Shown here piece by piece: positions 13,780 through 26,044 of a stretch of 64,000 nt of DNA. The notes beneath the pieces were generated by a model. The model was not told the origin of the DNA, did no database searches, and saw only the letters and a program-made list of their open reading frames with translations. The stretch lies in NCBI GenBank assembly GCA_964016885.1, contig OZ024756.1, positions 38,378,001-38,442,000 on the forward strand. The letters run 5' to 3'. A program made the translations under genes and the position numbers. The first letter of the stretch is position 1. Every line of letters starts with the position of its first letter. This DNA is from Eledone cirrhosa (Eukaryota).

Positions 13780-14466
13780 TACTTCAGCTTCGGCTTGTAC
13801 CTGTGGCGGGTTGGGTCTTCTGTATTACTGCGTGACGCCAGAGGTCACGGTCGTGTGTCATCGCCTTTGAGAGGTGTAATTGGGTAAGGTCAGCTTTTAT
13901 CACCTCATCCCAGGTCTTTTGGGTCTCCTCACTCCGTGGTTTCCATCGCCTTCTAGTGCTCTGCACCTTTTTATGCAGCTGTCATCCGTCATACGCATCA
14001 CATGTCCATACCAACGCAACCGCCTCTCCTGCACACAGCATTTGATTCCTCTTATGCTCAGTCTCTCTCTCAATTCATTTATGCTTTGCCGTTCGCGTAT
14101 ATTACTATTACACATCCATCGGAGCATGCAGGCTTCGTTTCTTTCTAATCTACGCAAGTCTTCCACAGACAACGCCCAGGTCTCACAACCATGTAACATT
14201 GATGTTCGTATACACACATCATATAGTCTGCCTTTCATTTTGAGGGAAAAGCCTTTTGCCGCTAGCAGTGGCAGTAGCTCCCTGAATTTCTTCCATCCCG
14301 TTCTTACTCTAGTTATTGTACTTTCCGAACACCCACCTCCGCTGCTAATTCGGTCACCTAGGTAGCAGAAGCTGTCTGAGCCCTCTCAGAGTTTGGTGGT
14401 ACTTGTTTCCTGCGGTTGTTTGCTGCTTGCTGTCCTAGCACAGCTGCTACATGTGAAGCCTAAATT

Positions 14467-14470
<4 letters not shown>
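13780..14470 (-). mobile_element. RTE-clade LINE fragment (C-terminal part of ORF)
   Basis: Translation KGRLYDVCIRTSMLHGCETWAL...RWMCN...ERRLRWYGHVMRM...G.RRPK.TW, typical of the RTE-like post-RT region; frameshifted. Confidence 0.85.
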
Positions 14471-14518
<48 letters not shown>

Positions 14519-14836
14519 ACAAAGATTTAAGAAATGTCAAATGGAGAGTTGGAAAGAATTTTAAGAAAACGAAGCTACATTATACGAGGAAATAAACTGA
14601 AATAAACTAAAAACTCAAGATGCAGATTAAACAAAATAATGGAACACAAGAACAAAGAGAGTAACAAATCAAAATTAGGGTTAATGGATGAAAAACAGGA
14701 ATAGATTCCTGTAAACTATGTAACCAAAACATGTTAGGTGGCTTGAGGAGGTTAATAACTTATTTTGAATAGACTCTCTTAAATGAATGTAATTTGAAGA
14801 TGATGATGATCATACACATACATATGGATGCATATA

Positions 14837-14941
14837 CAGGGTGTCCCTAAAAAATGTATATATACACACTTCAACAGCATTCTAATAAATATTGCCTGTA
14901 CAAGTAATCAAAGTGTGTATACATATTTTGGGGCCACCTTG
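14837..14941. mobile_element. Tc1/mariner-type MITE (~105 bp)
   Basis: TA-CAGGGTGTCCC...GGGCCACCTTG-TA terminal inverted repeats with TA target duplication; related copies at 43745-43846, 57198-57290 and partial at ~53580-53642 and 54437-54510. Confidence 0.75.
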
Positions 14942-15343
14942 TACGTTATATATATGTGTATATATATCATCATCAACATCATATTACATCTGTTTGAAAG
15001 AATCTATTCAGATGATAATATATAAAATATCAACTGCCAGCACCATAGCATATAAATTAGATGAAAAGTTGGTAAATTGAAGCAAAAGATGAGAATGAGG
15101 AAAATAATTAAGAAAATCAGGTGACAACAGGTGTGGCATAGAAAGGTGAGACAACGCGTGATGTAATTAGATGAAACACACACAGAATTGTGTGTGGGTT
15201 CTGTTAGATGAAAAGATGGTAAATAGAAGCAGATGATGAAATTGGGGAAAATAATTAAGTGAAACAACAGGTGGGTTGTAATTAAATGAAGAAAATTAGG
15301 AAAAAACCAAAAAGACTGCTCTGCGTAATGTAATGTAACTTAC

Positions 15344-15367
15344 ATGCTTCAGGGCCATCTTCGTAAG
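15344..15367 (-). CDS. Exon 9: 24-nt cytoplasmic microexon (AYEDGPEA + T)
   Basis: Acceptor gtcttttctttgttctag, donor T|GTAAGT; phase 1-1. Confidence 0.8.
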
Positions 15368-15399
15368 CTAGAACAAAGAAAAGACATGGTTATTGATTT

Positions 15400-15760
15400 G
15401 ACAGTCCTGTGTAAGCACAGGGAGCCATATGTTAGTCCTGTGTAAACACAGACGGGTGTTAGTCCTGTGTAAACACAGAGAGCCATCTGTTAGTCCTGTG
15501 TAAACACACACAGAGCACTATGTGTTAGTCCTGTGTAAGCACACACACAGTCGTGTGTTGGTCCTATGTAAACAAACAGAGAGCAATCTGTAAGTCCTGT
15601 GTAAACATACAGAGCCGTGTGTTAGACCACAACAGCATTATGCAGTCCTGTGTAAATATTTACAGAGAGCCGGTGTCAGTCTTGTGTAAACACACAGAGG
15701 TGTTTGTGTCAATCCTATGTAAACATACACACAGAGCCGGTGTCAGTTGTGTAAACACAC
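15400..15760. repeat. Degenerate ~30-bp minisatellite (GTTAGTCCTGTGTAAACACAGAGAGCC)
   Basis: Direct reading, about 10 diverged copies. Confidence 0.8.
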
Positions 15761-15794
15761 ACACACACACAACAGTGTTACACATGTGTAATAA

Positions 15795-15980
15795 TAATTG
15801 TTTCTACTTTAGGCACAAGGCCAACAATTACCCAGTACATGACTGGTACTTTATTTTATCGACCCCGTAAGGATGAAAGGCAAAGTTAACCTCGGCGGGA
15901 TTTGAACTCAAAATGGAAAGGGCCGTAACTCTATGCGTCAAAGCATGGCGTCCGACCCTCTACCGATACTGCCAATCCAA
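15795..15980 (-). mobile_element. tRNA-derived SINE (main family)
   Basis: Reverse complement of the 48406 copy: B-box GAGTTCAAATCC, core CCTTTCATCCTTACGGGGTCGATAAAATAAAGTACCAG, tail GGCCTTGTGCC...GTAGAAACAATTATT. Confidence 0.85.
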
Positions 15981-16698
15981 ATAATAATGATTTCTAATTT
16001 AACCACAAGGCCCACAATTTTAGGCAAGGGGAAAGTTGATTACATCAACCCCAGTGTATGACTGGGACTTTATTTAATCAACTCAAGGTAAAGTTGACCT
16101 TGGTGGGATTTGAACTCAGCATGTAAAGAGCCAAAACAAATACTATGTGTCATTTTGTCCAATAATATTAGTAGTAGTAGTAAATAATTGTTTCTACGTT
16201 TGGCACAAGGCGAGCAATTACCCCAGTGCATTACTGGTACTTTATTTTAGTAGTTAATAATAATGGTTCCATTTATTAGCCTTAAGGGCCGAACCCTTAA
16301 TAACGACAGAAGTTCTAATTATTGACATTGCTGTACCTGCAGACAACAGGTAAAAAGTGAAAGGAGGTGAGAAGACAGGTGGAAATCACTGAAAGAGAGA
16401 ATAGTGTCTAAGGATGATGAATGCCACTATTGCACCTGAAGTTGTGGGTGCTGAGGAGGTTGTCTCAAGTACTTTTGAAGACAATACAGACTAGGAATGA
16501 AAGTACAGGTGGATGACATGTGAATGACAATGATATTGCTGGTCACAGGTATAATAATGAAAATTACTATTGTGTAAAGTGCTCAGGTGCACTACAACTC
16601 ATCAAAGGTGCATGTATAGTTCACAAAATAATGTACAAATGTTAGGAAAGTTTGTCATATGTAATGGGGGAAAGATCCACAATGTTTGGTGTGTTGTT

Positions 16699-17708
16699 GT
16701 TAACACCTGCTTGTGTTAACACCTGCTTGTGTTAACACCTGCTTGTGTTAACACCTGCTTGTGTTAACACCTGATTGTGTTAACACCTGATTGTGTTAAC
16801 ACCTGCTTGTGTTAACACCTGATTGTGTTAACACCTGCTTGTGTTAACACCTGCTTGTGTTAACACCTGCTTGTGTTAACACCTGCTTGTGTTAACACCT
16901 GCTTGTGTTAACACCTGCTTGTGTTAACACCTGCTTGTGTTAACACCTGCTTGTGTTAACACCTGCTTGTGTTAACACCTGCTTGTGTTAACACCTGCTT
17001 GTGTTAACACCTGCTTGTGTTAACACCTGCTTGTGTTAACACCTGCTTGTGTTAACACCTGCTTGTGTTAACACCTGCTTGTGTTAACACCTGCTTGTGT
17101 TAACACCTGATTGTGTTAACACCTGCTTGTGTTAACACCTGCTTGTGTTAACACCTGCTTGTGTTAACACCTGCTTGTGTTAACACCTGCTTGTGTTAAC
17201 ACATGATTGTGTTAACACCTGATTGTGTTAACACCTGCTTGTGTTAACACCTGATTGTGTTAACACCTGCTTGTGTTAACACCTGCTTGTGTTAACACCT
17301 GCTTGTGTTAACACCTGCTTGTGTTAACACCTGATTGTGTTAACACCTGCTTGTGTTAACACCTGCTTGCGTTAACACCTGCTTGCGTTAACACCTGCTT
17401 GCGTTAACACCTGCTTGCGTTAACACCTGCTTGCGTTAACACCTGATTGCGTTAACACCTGCTTGCGTTAACACCTGCTTGTGTTAACACCTGATTGTGT
17501 TAACACCTGCTTGTGTTAACACCTGCTTGTGTTAACACCTGCTTGTGTTAACACCTGCTTGTGTTAACACCTGCTTGTGTTAACACCTGCTTGTGTTAAC
17601 ACCTGCTTGTGTTAACACCTGATTGTGTTAACACCTGATTGCGTTAACACCTGCTTGTGTTAACATCTGATTGTGTTAACACCTGATTGCGTTAACACCT
17701 GCTTGTGT
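16699..17708. repeat. 16-bp minisatellite GTTAACACCTGCTTGT, ~63 copies
   Basis: Direct reading. Confidence 0.97.
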
Positions 17709-17973
17709 AGAAAACAAACCATAATGGTCTAACAATGGTTTCTGAAAGACCAATAATTCTGCGAGAGGGGAAAGTCAATTAAATCAACCCCAGTACATTA
17801 CTGGTACTTTATTTTATTGACCCCGTAAGGATGAAAGGCAAAGTTAAGCTCAGCGGGATTTGAACTCAGATCGTAAAGGGACGTAACTATATGCTGCAAA
17901 GCATGTTGCCCGACGCTCCACTGATTCTAATGCCAATCCACGACCACCCTGATAATAATAATAACAATAATAC

Positions 17974-18074
17974 CTGTCATTGATTGCTTCTCTACATCAC
18001 TTTCCTTCTGACCCCTGTTTCTTCTTCCTCCAACAGAAGATTGTTTAGTCAAAGGTTTCAATGGAATATTGTTA
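17974..18074 (-). CDS. Exon 8: cytoplasmic (SNNIPLKPLTKQSSVGGRRNRGQKESDVEKQSMT)
   Basis: Acceptor tttaccatttcag, donor G|GTATTA; 101 nt, open in phase 2 to 1. Confidence 0.8.
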
Positions 18075-18095
18075 CTGAAATGGTAAATATGGAAG

Positions 18096-18504
18096 TGATG
18101 GTGGTGGTGATGGTGGTGGTGGTGGTGATGGTGGTGGTGGTGATGGTGGTGGTGGTGATGGTGGTGGTGGTGGTGGTGGTGGTGGTGGTGATGGTGGTGG
18201 TGGTGGTGGTGGTGGTGGTGGTGGTGATGATGGTGGTGGTGATGGTGGTGGTGGTGGTGGTGATGGTGGTGGTGGTGGTGGTGATGGTGGTGATGGTGGT
18301 GGTGGTGGTGGTGATGATGGTGATGATGGTGATGATGGTGATGGTGGTGGTGGTGGTGGTGGTGGTGGTGGTGATGATGGTGGTGGTGATGGTGGTGGTG
18401 GTGGTGATGGTGATGGTGGTGATGGTGGTGATGGTGGTGGTGGTGATGGTGGTGATGATGGTGATGGTGGTGATGGTGGTGATGGTGTTGGTGGTGGTGA
18501 TGGT
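18096..18504. repeat. (GGT/GAT)n trinucleotide repeat
   Basis: Direct reading; source of the poly-Val and poly-Pro ORFs. Confidence 0.95.
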
Positions 18505-18674
18505 GTATAATTTACAGTAGGTGAGCAGAAATGGATGTTCTCACCCAACTACTTCCCCCCCCCCCCCTGTATTTAGATAACACAAAATGATTTTTTTTTT
18601 TCATTTTATTAATTTTTTTTTGTGATAAGTTTTTATCAAATAAATTTGTCTTTTGTATAACATCTTTTTAAATA

Positions 18675-20056
18675 TAACCTCTATGTCCAGCCCCACATGT
18701 ATTGTAACCTCTATGTCCAGCCCCACATGTAACCTGTATGTCCAGCCCTACATGTAACCCTACTGTCCAGCCCTACATGTATTGTAACCTCTAATGTTGA
18801 GCCCATGTATTGTAACCTCTATGCCCAGCCCTACATGTAACCTCTATCTCGAGCCCTACATGTATTGTAACCGCTACTGTCCAGCCCTACATGTAGTGTA
18901 ACCTCTATGTCCAGCCCTACATGTAGTGTAACCTCTATGTCCAGCCCTACATGTATTGTAACCTCTACTGTCCAGCCCTACATGTATTGTAACCTCTACT
19001 GTCGAGCCCCACATGTAATGTAACCTCTATGTCCAGCCCTACGTGTATGGTAACCTCTACTGTCCAGCCCTACATGTATTGTAACCTCTACTGTCCAGCC
19101 CCACATGTATTGTAACTTCTATGTCGAGCCCTACATGTAGTGTAACCTCTACTGTTGAGCCCCACTTGTATTATAACCTCTATGTCCAGCCCTACATGTA
19201 ACCTCTATCTCGAGCCCTACATGTATTGTAACCCTACTGTCCAGCCCTACATGTATTGTAACCTCTAATGTTGAGCCCATGTATTGTAACCTCTATGTCC
19301 AGCCCTACATGTAACCTCTATCTCGAGCCCTACATGTATTGTAACAGCTACTGTCCAGCCCTACATGTAGTGTAACCTCTATGTCCAGCCCTACATGTAG
19401 TGTAACCTCTATGTCCAGCCCTACATGTATTGTAACCTCTACTGTCCAGCCCTACATGTATTGTAACCTCTACTGTCGAGCCCCACATGTATTGTAACCT
19501 CTATGTCCAGCCCTACGTGTATGGTAACCTCTACTGTCCAGCCCTACATGTATTGTAACCTCTACTGTCCAGCCCCACATGTATTGTAACTTCTATGTCG
19601 AGCCCTACATGTAGTGCAACCTCTACTGTTGAGCCCCACATGTATTATAACCTCTATGTCCAGCCCTACATGTAACCTCTATCTCGAGCCCTACATGTAT
19701 TGTAACCGCTACTGTCCAGCCCTACATGTATTGTAACCTCTACTGTTGAGCCCCACATGTATTGTAACCTCTATGTCCAGCCCTATATGTAACCTCTATC
19801 TCGAGCCCTACATGTATTGTAACTACTACTGTCCAGCCCTACATGTATTGTAACCTCTATGTCCAGCCCTACATGTATTGTAACCTCTATGTCCAGCCCT
19901 ACATGTAGTGTAACCTCTATGTCCAGCCCTACATGTAGTGTAACCTCTATCTCGAGCCCTACATGTATTGTAACCTCTATGTCCAGCCCTACATGTATTG
20001 TAACCTCTATGTCCAGCCCTACATGTATTGTAACCTCTACTATCCAGCCCTACATG
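18675..20056. repeat. ~30-bp minisatellite GTAACCTCTATGTCCAGCCCTACATGTATT with length variants
   Basis: Direct reading. Confidence 0.95.
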
Positions 20057-20244
20057 TGTGTCCTTGTGGCTAATAATGGTTTCTATTTTAGGTACAAGAC
20101 CTGCAATATGGGGGAATGGAAAATCGATTAAATCGACCCCCAGTGCATGACTGGTACTTTATTTTATCGACCCCGTAAGGATGAAAGGCAAAGTTAACCT
20201 TGGAATGTAGTATAAATAAAATCATTCTACAAAAATGTATCTAC

Positions 20245-20278
20245 CTGTATCCTTGTTCTGCTAAAGCCCTCTCTTCAG
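20245..20278 (-). CDS. Exon 7: 34-nt cytoplasmic exon (AEERALAEQGY-S)
   Basis: Acceptor tatatttttcag, donor AG|GTAGAT (weak); phase 1 in, phase 2 out, matching the phase-2 entry required by exon 8. Confidence 0.75.
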
Positions 20279-20321
20279 CTGAAAAATATAATTAAATTAT
20301 TTTTATAAGTATTTTCATATA

Positions 20322-21821
20322 ACATTTCAATGACAGGAGTTTTAGTGCACGAGACACATTTCAATGACAGGAGTTTTAGTGTATGATACACATTTCAATG
20401 ACAGGAGTTTTAGTGTATGATACACATTTCAATGACAGGAGTTTTAGTGTATGATACACATTTCAATGACAGGAGTTTTAGTGTATGATACACATTTCAA
20501 TGACAGGAGTTTTAGTGCACGAGACACATTTCAATGACAGGAGTTTTAGTGTATGATACACATTTCAATGACAGGAGTTTTAGTGCACGAGACACATTTC
20601 AATGACAGGAGTTTTAGTGTATGATACACATTTCAATGACAGGAGTTTTAGTGCACGAGACACATTTCAATGACAGGAGTTTTAGTGTATGATACACATT
20701 TCAATGACAGGAGTTTTAGTGTATGATACACATTTCAATGACAGGAGTTTTAGTGCACGAGACACATTTCAATGACAGGAGTTTTAGTGTATGATACACA
20801 TTTCAATGACAGGAGTTTTAGTGCACGAGACACATTTCAATGACAGGAGTTTTAGTGTATGATACACATTTCAATGACAGGAGTTTTAGTGTATGATACA
20901 CATTTCAATGACAGGAGTTTTAGTGTATGATACACATTTCAATGACAGGAGTTTTAGTGTATGATACACATTTCAATGACAGGAGTTTTAGTGCACGAGA
21001 CACATTTCAATGACAGGAGTTTTAGTGTATGAGACACATTTCAATGACAGGAGTTTTAGTGTATGATACACATTTCAATGACAGGAGTTTTAGTGTATGA
21101 GACACATTTCAATGACAGGAGTTTTAGTGTATGAGACACATTTCAATGACAGGAGTTTTAGTGTATGATACACATTTCAATGACAGGAGTTTTAGTGCAT
21201 GATACACATTTCAATGACAGGAGTTTTAGTGTATGATACACATTTCAATGACAGGAGTTTTAGTGCACGAGACACATTTCAATGACAGGAGTTTTAGTGT
21301 ATGATACACATTTCAATGACAGGAGTTTTAGTGTATGAGACACATTTCAATGACAGGAGTTTTAGTGTATGAGACACATTTCAATGACAGGAGTTTTAGT
21401 GTATGATACACATTTCAATGACAGGAGTTTTAGTGTATGATACACATTTCAATGACAGGTGTTTTAGTGCACGAGACACATTTCAATGACAGGAGTTTTA
21501 GTGTATGAGACACATTTCAATGACAGGAGTTTTAGTGTATGATACACATTTCAATGACAGGAGTTTTAGTGTATGATACACATTTCAATGACAGGAGTTT
21601 TAGTGTATGATACACATTTCAATGACAGGAGTTTTAGTGTATGATACACATTTCAATGACAGGTGTTTTAGTGCACGAGACACATTTCAATGACAGGAGT
21701 TTTAGTGTATGAGACACATTTCAATGACAGGAGTTTTAGTGTATGAGACACATTTCAATGACAGGAGTTTTAGTGTATGATACACATTTCAATGACAGGT
21801 GTTTTAGTGCACGAGACACAT
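20322..21821. repeat. 34-bp minisatellite ACATTTCAATGACAGGAGTTTTAGTG(TATGAT/CACGAG)AC, ~44 copies
   Basis: Direct reading; two interspersed unit variants. Confidence 0.97.
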
Positions 21822-21894
21822 TTTAATCCCAAAATTTGATGCCAAGATCTGCCTGCATTCTTTACACAAAAAAATAAATTACATTTTCTTTGTA

Positions 21895-22100
21895 GCATGT
21901 GAGACCAGCCAAGCTCAGCATCCACAAGATTGGCTGGTTTCGTTCGGTCACTTCTGTTAGGACCCACTGGATGAAGTGCTTGGCTGGTCGCGCTCAGGGA
22001 TCCAGCCGGATCAGTTGCTTCCGAAAGGACTTGCTGGAAGGAGTGTTTGAGGACTGCCCCCACAACCCTCTTAGGATTAAGTGGGCAAAGAAGAAGAAGA
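21895..22100 (+). mobile_element. 3' end fragment of an RTE-like LINE
   Basis: Shares 'ggacccact...gtgtttgaggact..cccccacRaccctct.aggaNtaagtgggcRaagaagaag' with 31500-31700 and 39840-40060. Confidence 0.65.
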
Positions 22101-22339
22101 CATTTTCTCTGATGCTCTACTAATTCTATAATCAGTATCCCTGAAGATAAATATTTGACATGTCTTTATCAACCCTAGCTAGAAATTGACCATCCTGGTA
22201 TTCTAATTCTGAAATGTGAGGAAAGGGAGATAACTAAAATAGCACAAGGGAGGCTGTCACACTTTGACACACCTGAAGGGACTTCCTGACCCACAAAAAC
22301 AAAAGTAATTGTAATAAATATTCACGCTAACAATAGAAA

Positions 22340-22640
22340 ACAAAGATCAACTAGGGGAGATGTATTTTAGGGTATAAATCCAGGGAGTACCCCACACAAA
22401 ACCCCAGATTATTTGAATGGACACTTTCAATGTCTTACGTGCATTGAAAGTGTCCACCCTGTCTTTGAAAAGCAAAGTCAGAGCAGGCCCGGGCCTATTC
22501 AGCCTCATCAATATCACTGCTCTCACCCATCTTTCATAAAAACACACAAGAAGGTATCATTTCCCTCTCTACTGTCACCTTCCTCCTCAGGTGGTCCTTG
22601 AAGAAGTTGATGAGGGCATGGTTGGAGAGGAAGAATCTTA
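22340..22640 (-). mobile_element. Possible degenerate L1/Tx1-like LINE 3' fragment
   Basis: Minus-strand reading HALINFFKDHLRRKVTVERE...F-ERWV resembles Tx1-type ORF2 C-termini; broken frame. Confidence 0.4.
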
Positions 22641-23441
22641 ACAGTAATTACATACAAATAAAACCCTTCAGAATGTGAGGAGAAATAACGATTTAGGCCA
22701 ACAATTTGTGGGGAAGAGAAAGTCAATTATATCAACCACAGTATTTAACTGACCCCTATAGAAGGATGAAGGGCTAAGTTGACCTCGGAAGGACTGGAAC
22801 TCAGAACATAAAAGTCTACCAGAAAGTATTTTGTTCAACACACTAACGAGTCTACCAATCCTTCGGAATAAGAAAGAGAAATAATTTAGAAAAAAGTTTT
22901 ATAACGAGGGAGGTGTTAATTATCTCAAGACAATCATGTTAGATGGTGGTGGGGAGGAGAGTGGTTCAGGTGGTGGTGGTGGTGGTGGTAGTGGTGATGG
23001 TAGTAGTGGTGATGGAAGTGATGGTGGTGGTGATAATGGTAGTGGTTGTTAGTATTGATTGAACAAGAAATTTGCTTATAACATGCAATTTACATTTCAG
23101 AATTTGGAAAGTGAAAAAACAAAAGAATTTAAAAAATAATTAAAAAAGAACAAATTAACGAAATCATTTGCAACAACAACAACAACAACTCATGCAATTG
23201 GAAGATTATGGAAGTTAGAAGAATCGATCGACTTTCATCAAATTGGACCGAGGAAACAATGTTTCCGTTGGTCTTTCCAGTTGCTAGTACTATCTATCGG
23301 TCGCAACTCCAGGTAGAAGGAGCAACGTGAAATAAAGTGTCTTGCTCAAGGACATAACGCATCGCTCGGTCCAGGAATCGAACTCACAATCTCAAGATTG
23401 TTAGTATGTCAAATATACCAGGGACTGTTAAATTAGTCTGT

Positions 23442-24285
23442 TGGAGATATGTGGTCAGTGATTGGCTGGATATGTGGTCAGTGATTGGCTGGATATGTGG
23501 TCAGTGATTGGCTGGATAGGTGGTCAGTGATTGGCTGGATATGTGGTCAGTGATTGGCTGGATATGTGGTCAGTGATTGGCTGGATATGTGGACAGTGAT
23601 TGGCTGGATATGTGGTCAGTGATTGGCTGGATATGTGGACAGTGATTGGCTGGATATGTAGACAGAGAGTGGCTGGATATGTGGTCAGTGATTGGCTGGA
23701 TAGGTGGTCAGTGATTGGCTGGATATGTGGACAGAGAGTGGCTGGATATGTGGTCAGTGATTGGCTGGATATGTGGTCAGTGATTGGCTGGATATGTGGT
23801 CAGTGATTGGCTGGATATGTGGTCAGTGATTGGCTGGATATGTGGTCAGTGATTGGCTGGATATGTGGTCAGTGATTGGCTGGATATGTGGACAGTGATT
23901 GGCTGGATATGTGGACAGTGATTGGCTGGATATGTGGACAGTGATTGGCTGGATATGTGGTCAGTGATTGGCAGGATATGTGGTCAGTGATTGGCTGGAT
24001 AGGTGGTCAGTGATTGGCTGGATAGGTGGTCAGTGATTGGCTGGATAGGTGGTCAGTGATTGGCTGGATAGGTGGTCAGTGATTGGCTGGATAGGTGGTC
24101 AGTGATTGGCTGGATAGGTGGTCAGTGATTGGCTGGATATGTGGTCAGTGATTGGCTGGATAGGTGGTCAGTGATTGGCTGGATATGTGGTCAGTGATTG
24201 GCTGGATAGGTGGTCAGTGATTGGCTGGATATGTGGTCAGTGATTGGCTGGATATGTGGACAGTGATTGGCTGGATATGTGGACA
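23442..24285. repeat. 23-bp minisatellite GGATATGTGGTCAGTGATTGGCT, ~36 copies
   Basis: Direct reading. Confidence 0.97.
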
Positions 24286-24575
24286 GGGGCTTCTAAAGCT
24301 CTAAATGTCTTAATCTGGTCCTGGGGTAGGTAGGTGTTACATAGAAGAAATACGACTATGAGTAGATGAAGATAAGGACAAAGATGAGGAAGCTGAAGAT
24401 GAAGAAAAAGATGAGAAGTTGTAGATGAAGAAGATGAAGAAAAAGATGAGAAGTTGTAGATGAAGAAGATGAAGAAAGAGATAGCTGATGAGTAAGTTAA
24501 AAGAATGAATTATCAAGTAGGTATTAAGCAAGAGAGGACAACATCAACATCCTAAAGAGGTGAGATATGGGTTAC

Positions 24576-24599
24576 CTGGCTTATAACTTCCCATCATTG
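24576..24599 (-). CDS. Exon 6: 24-nt cytoplasmic microexon (AMMGSYKP)
   Basis: Acceptor ttttttcccttttaaatgcag, donor G|GTAACC; phase 1-1, in frame. Confidence 0.75.
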
Positions 24600-25615
24600 C
24601 TGCATTTAAAAGGGAAAAAATATTTACAAACAGTGAATGAAAGACATGTTTGACAATTGAGTTCACATATGAGGTTGACTATGAAGACAGACAGACACAC
24701 ACACACACACATATAGACATAGCAGTGCAGACAAACACACACATACAGCAGTGCAGACAAACACACACATAAAAGTACACACATACACACACAAAAACAT
24801 AAATAAAAGTCCACACATACATAGACATGTGGGCAAAGCACACACACACAGACATGTGGGCAAAGTACACACACAGACATGTGGGCAAAGTACACACACA
24901 GACATGTAGGGAAAGCAAAGGGTTTAAGAAATCTGAAAATTAAAAAAATAAATAAATATATTGGGGACGAAAAACAAAAAAAAAACTGTGCATCAGAATG
25001 TCTAATAGTGATGTGATGGCAGTAATGCTATTTAGTTGGAGTGTGTGTGTAATTTTTCCTTCAACCTTTTCTTTCTCCTAACTTTACTCTTTCCTGATGA
25101 AGGACTAACACCCGATATGTTGAAACAATCTTTTTCCTTCTCCAACAAGGTATGAATCTTATAAGACTTTTATGCAATCGTAATATTTGTGTTTGTCTTT
25201 TAATCTTGAACACTTTAGTTCAGCATGATGAAGTAAACAACAGCTAATGTGGGAAATATAAGGGGTTACTGTATTTTCTGGTGTTTAACATATATACCTT
25301 TTTTTTAACCTCCAAAATTGCATAACACAAGCTTTTTAAGACCTTTTTCTCTTCACAACATTCATCCCTAGCTCTATTTCCAACACTCCTTTCTTTCTCT
25401 AGTTAATTTTGTCCTTCCTCAACACATGACCCAACCATCTTATTCCATTTCTCTTCACAACATTCATTACTGGTTCTATTCATCTCACACAGTTACTTTC
25501 ATCCTTCCTCAACACATGACCCAGCCATCTCATTCAATTTCTCTTCACAACATTCATACATTTAACCTGACGCTCAAATAAATTTGCAAAAAATAAAAAT
25601 ATGACTTCAACTCAC

Positions 25616-25753
25616 CCTCGGCTGCTTCCATTTCTCTCTTCTTCTTCTTTGCCCGATTTCTGCGGATGTAGAGTACAATGCCAAGGATTATGGCAATAAT
25701 TATTTCAGGAATAATCACACAAAGCACCACAATGATGATCAACTTTGAAGAAT
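25616..25753 (-). CDS. Exon 5: transmembrane helix and basic stop-transfer (DSSKLIIIVVLCVIIPEIIIAIILGIVLYIRRNRAKKKKREMEAAE)
   Basis: Acceptor ttctttgttatag, donor G|GTGAGT; 138 nt, phase 1-1; about 26 hydrophobic residues followed by RRNRAKKKKR. Confidence 0.9.
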
Positions 25754-26044
25754 CTATAACAAAGAATTTGGTTTTCTTAAATCTGAACATCTTGTAATTA
25801 TTTAACAGAAATTGTCTAAAAACGAGTTTGTTAATTAAAATATTTATATCTTTACTAATGGAGAAATCGTACTGAACATTTGCAGTATTAGAGTAAAATC
25901 TTACATTTTTAATGTGATGCTGTTTTGTAATTGTCAAAAATATTTAAATAATGTAATTTCATGTAGTGTAGGATGTTAACCATTTACATTACTCTATATA
26001 TACTATTGTATTTTCACAGTAAAGGCTTTATCTCACATAATTCT

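Noticed and set aside
18072-18548. Extensin-like SPPPP ORF / poly-Val ORF
   Set aside because: Translation of a (GGT/GAT)n microsatellite in the intron upstream of exon 8.
15344-24599. ITIM/ITAM motifs in the cytoplasmic tail
   Set aside because: Tyrosines (SYKP, GYSN, AYED) lack the hydrophobic Y+3 residue.
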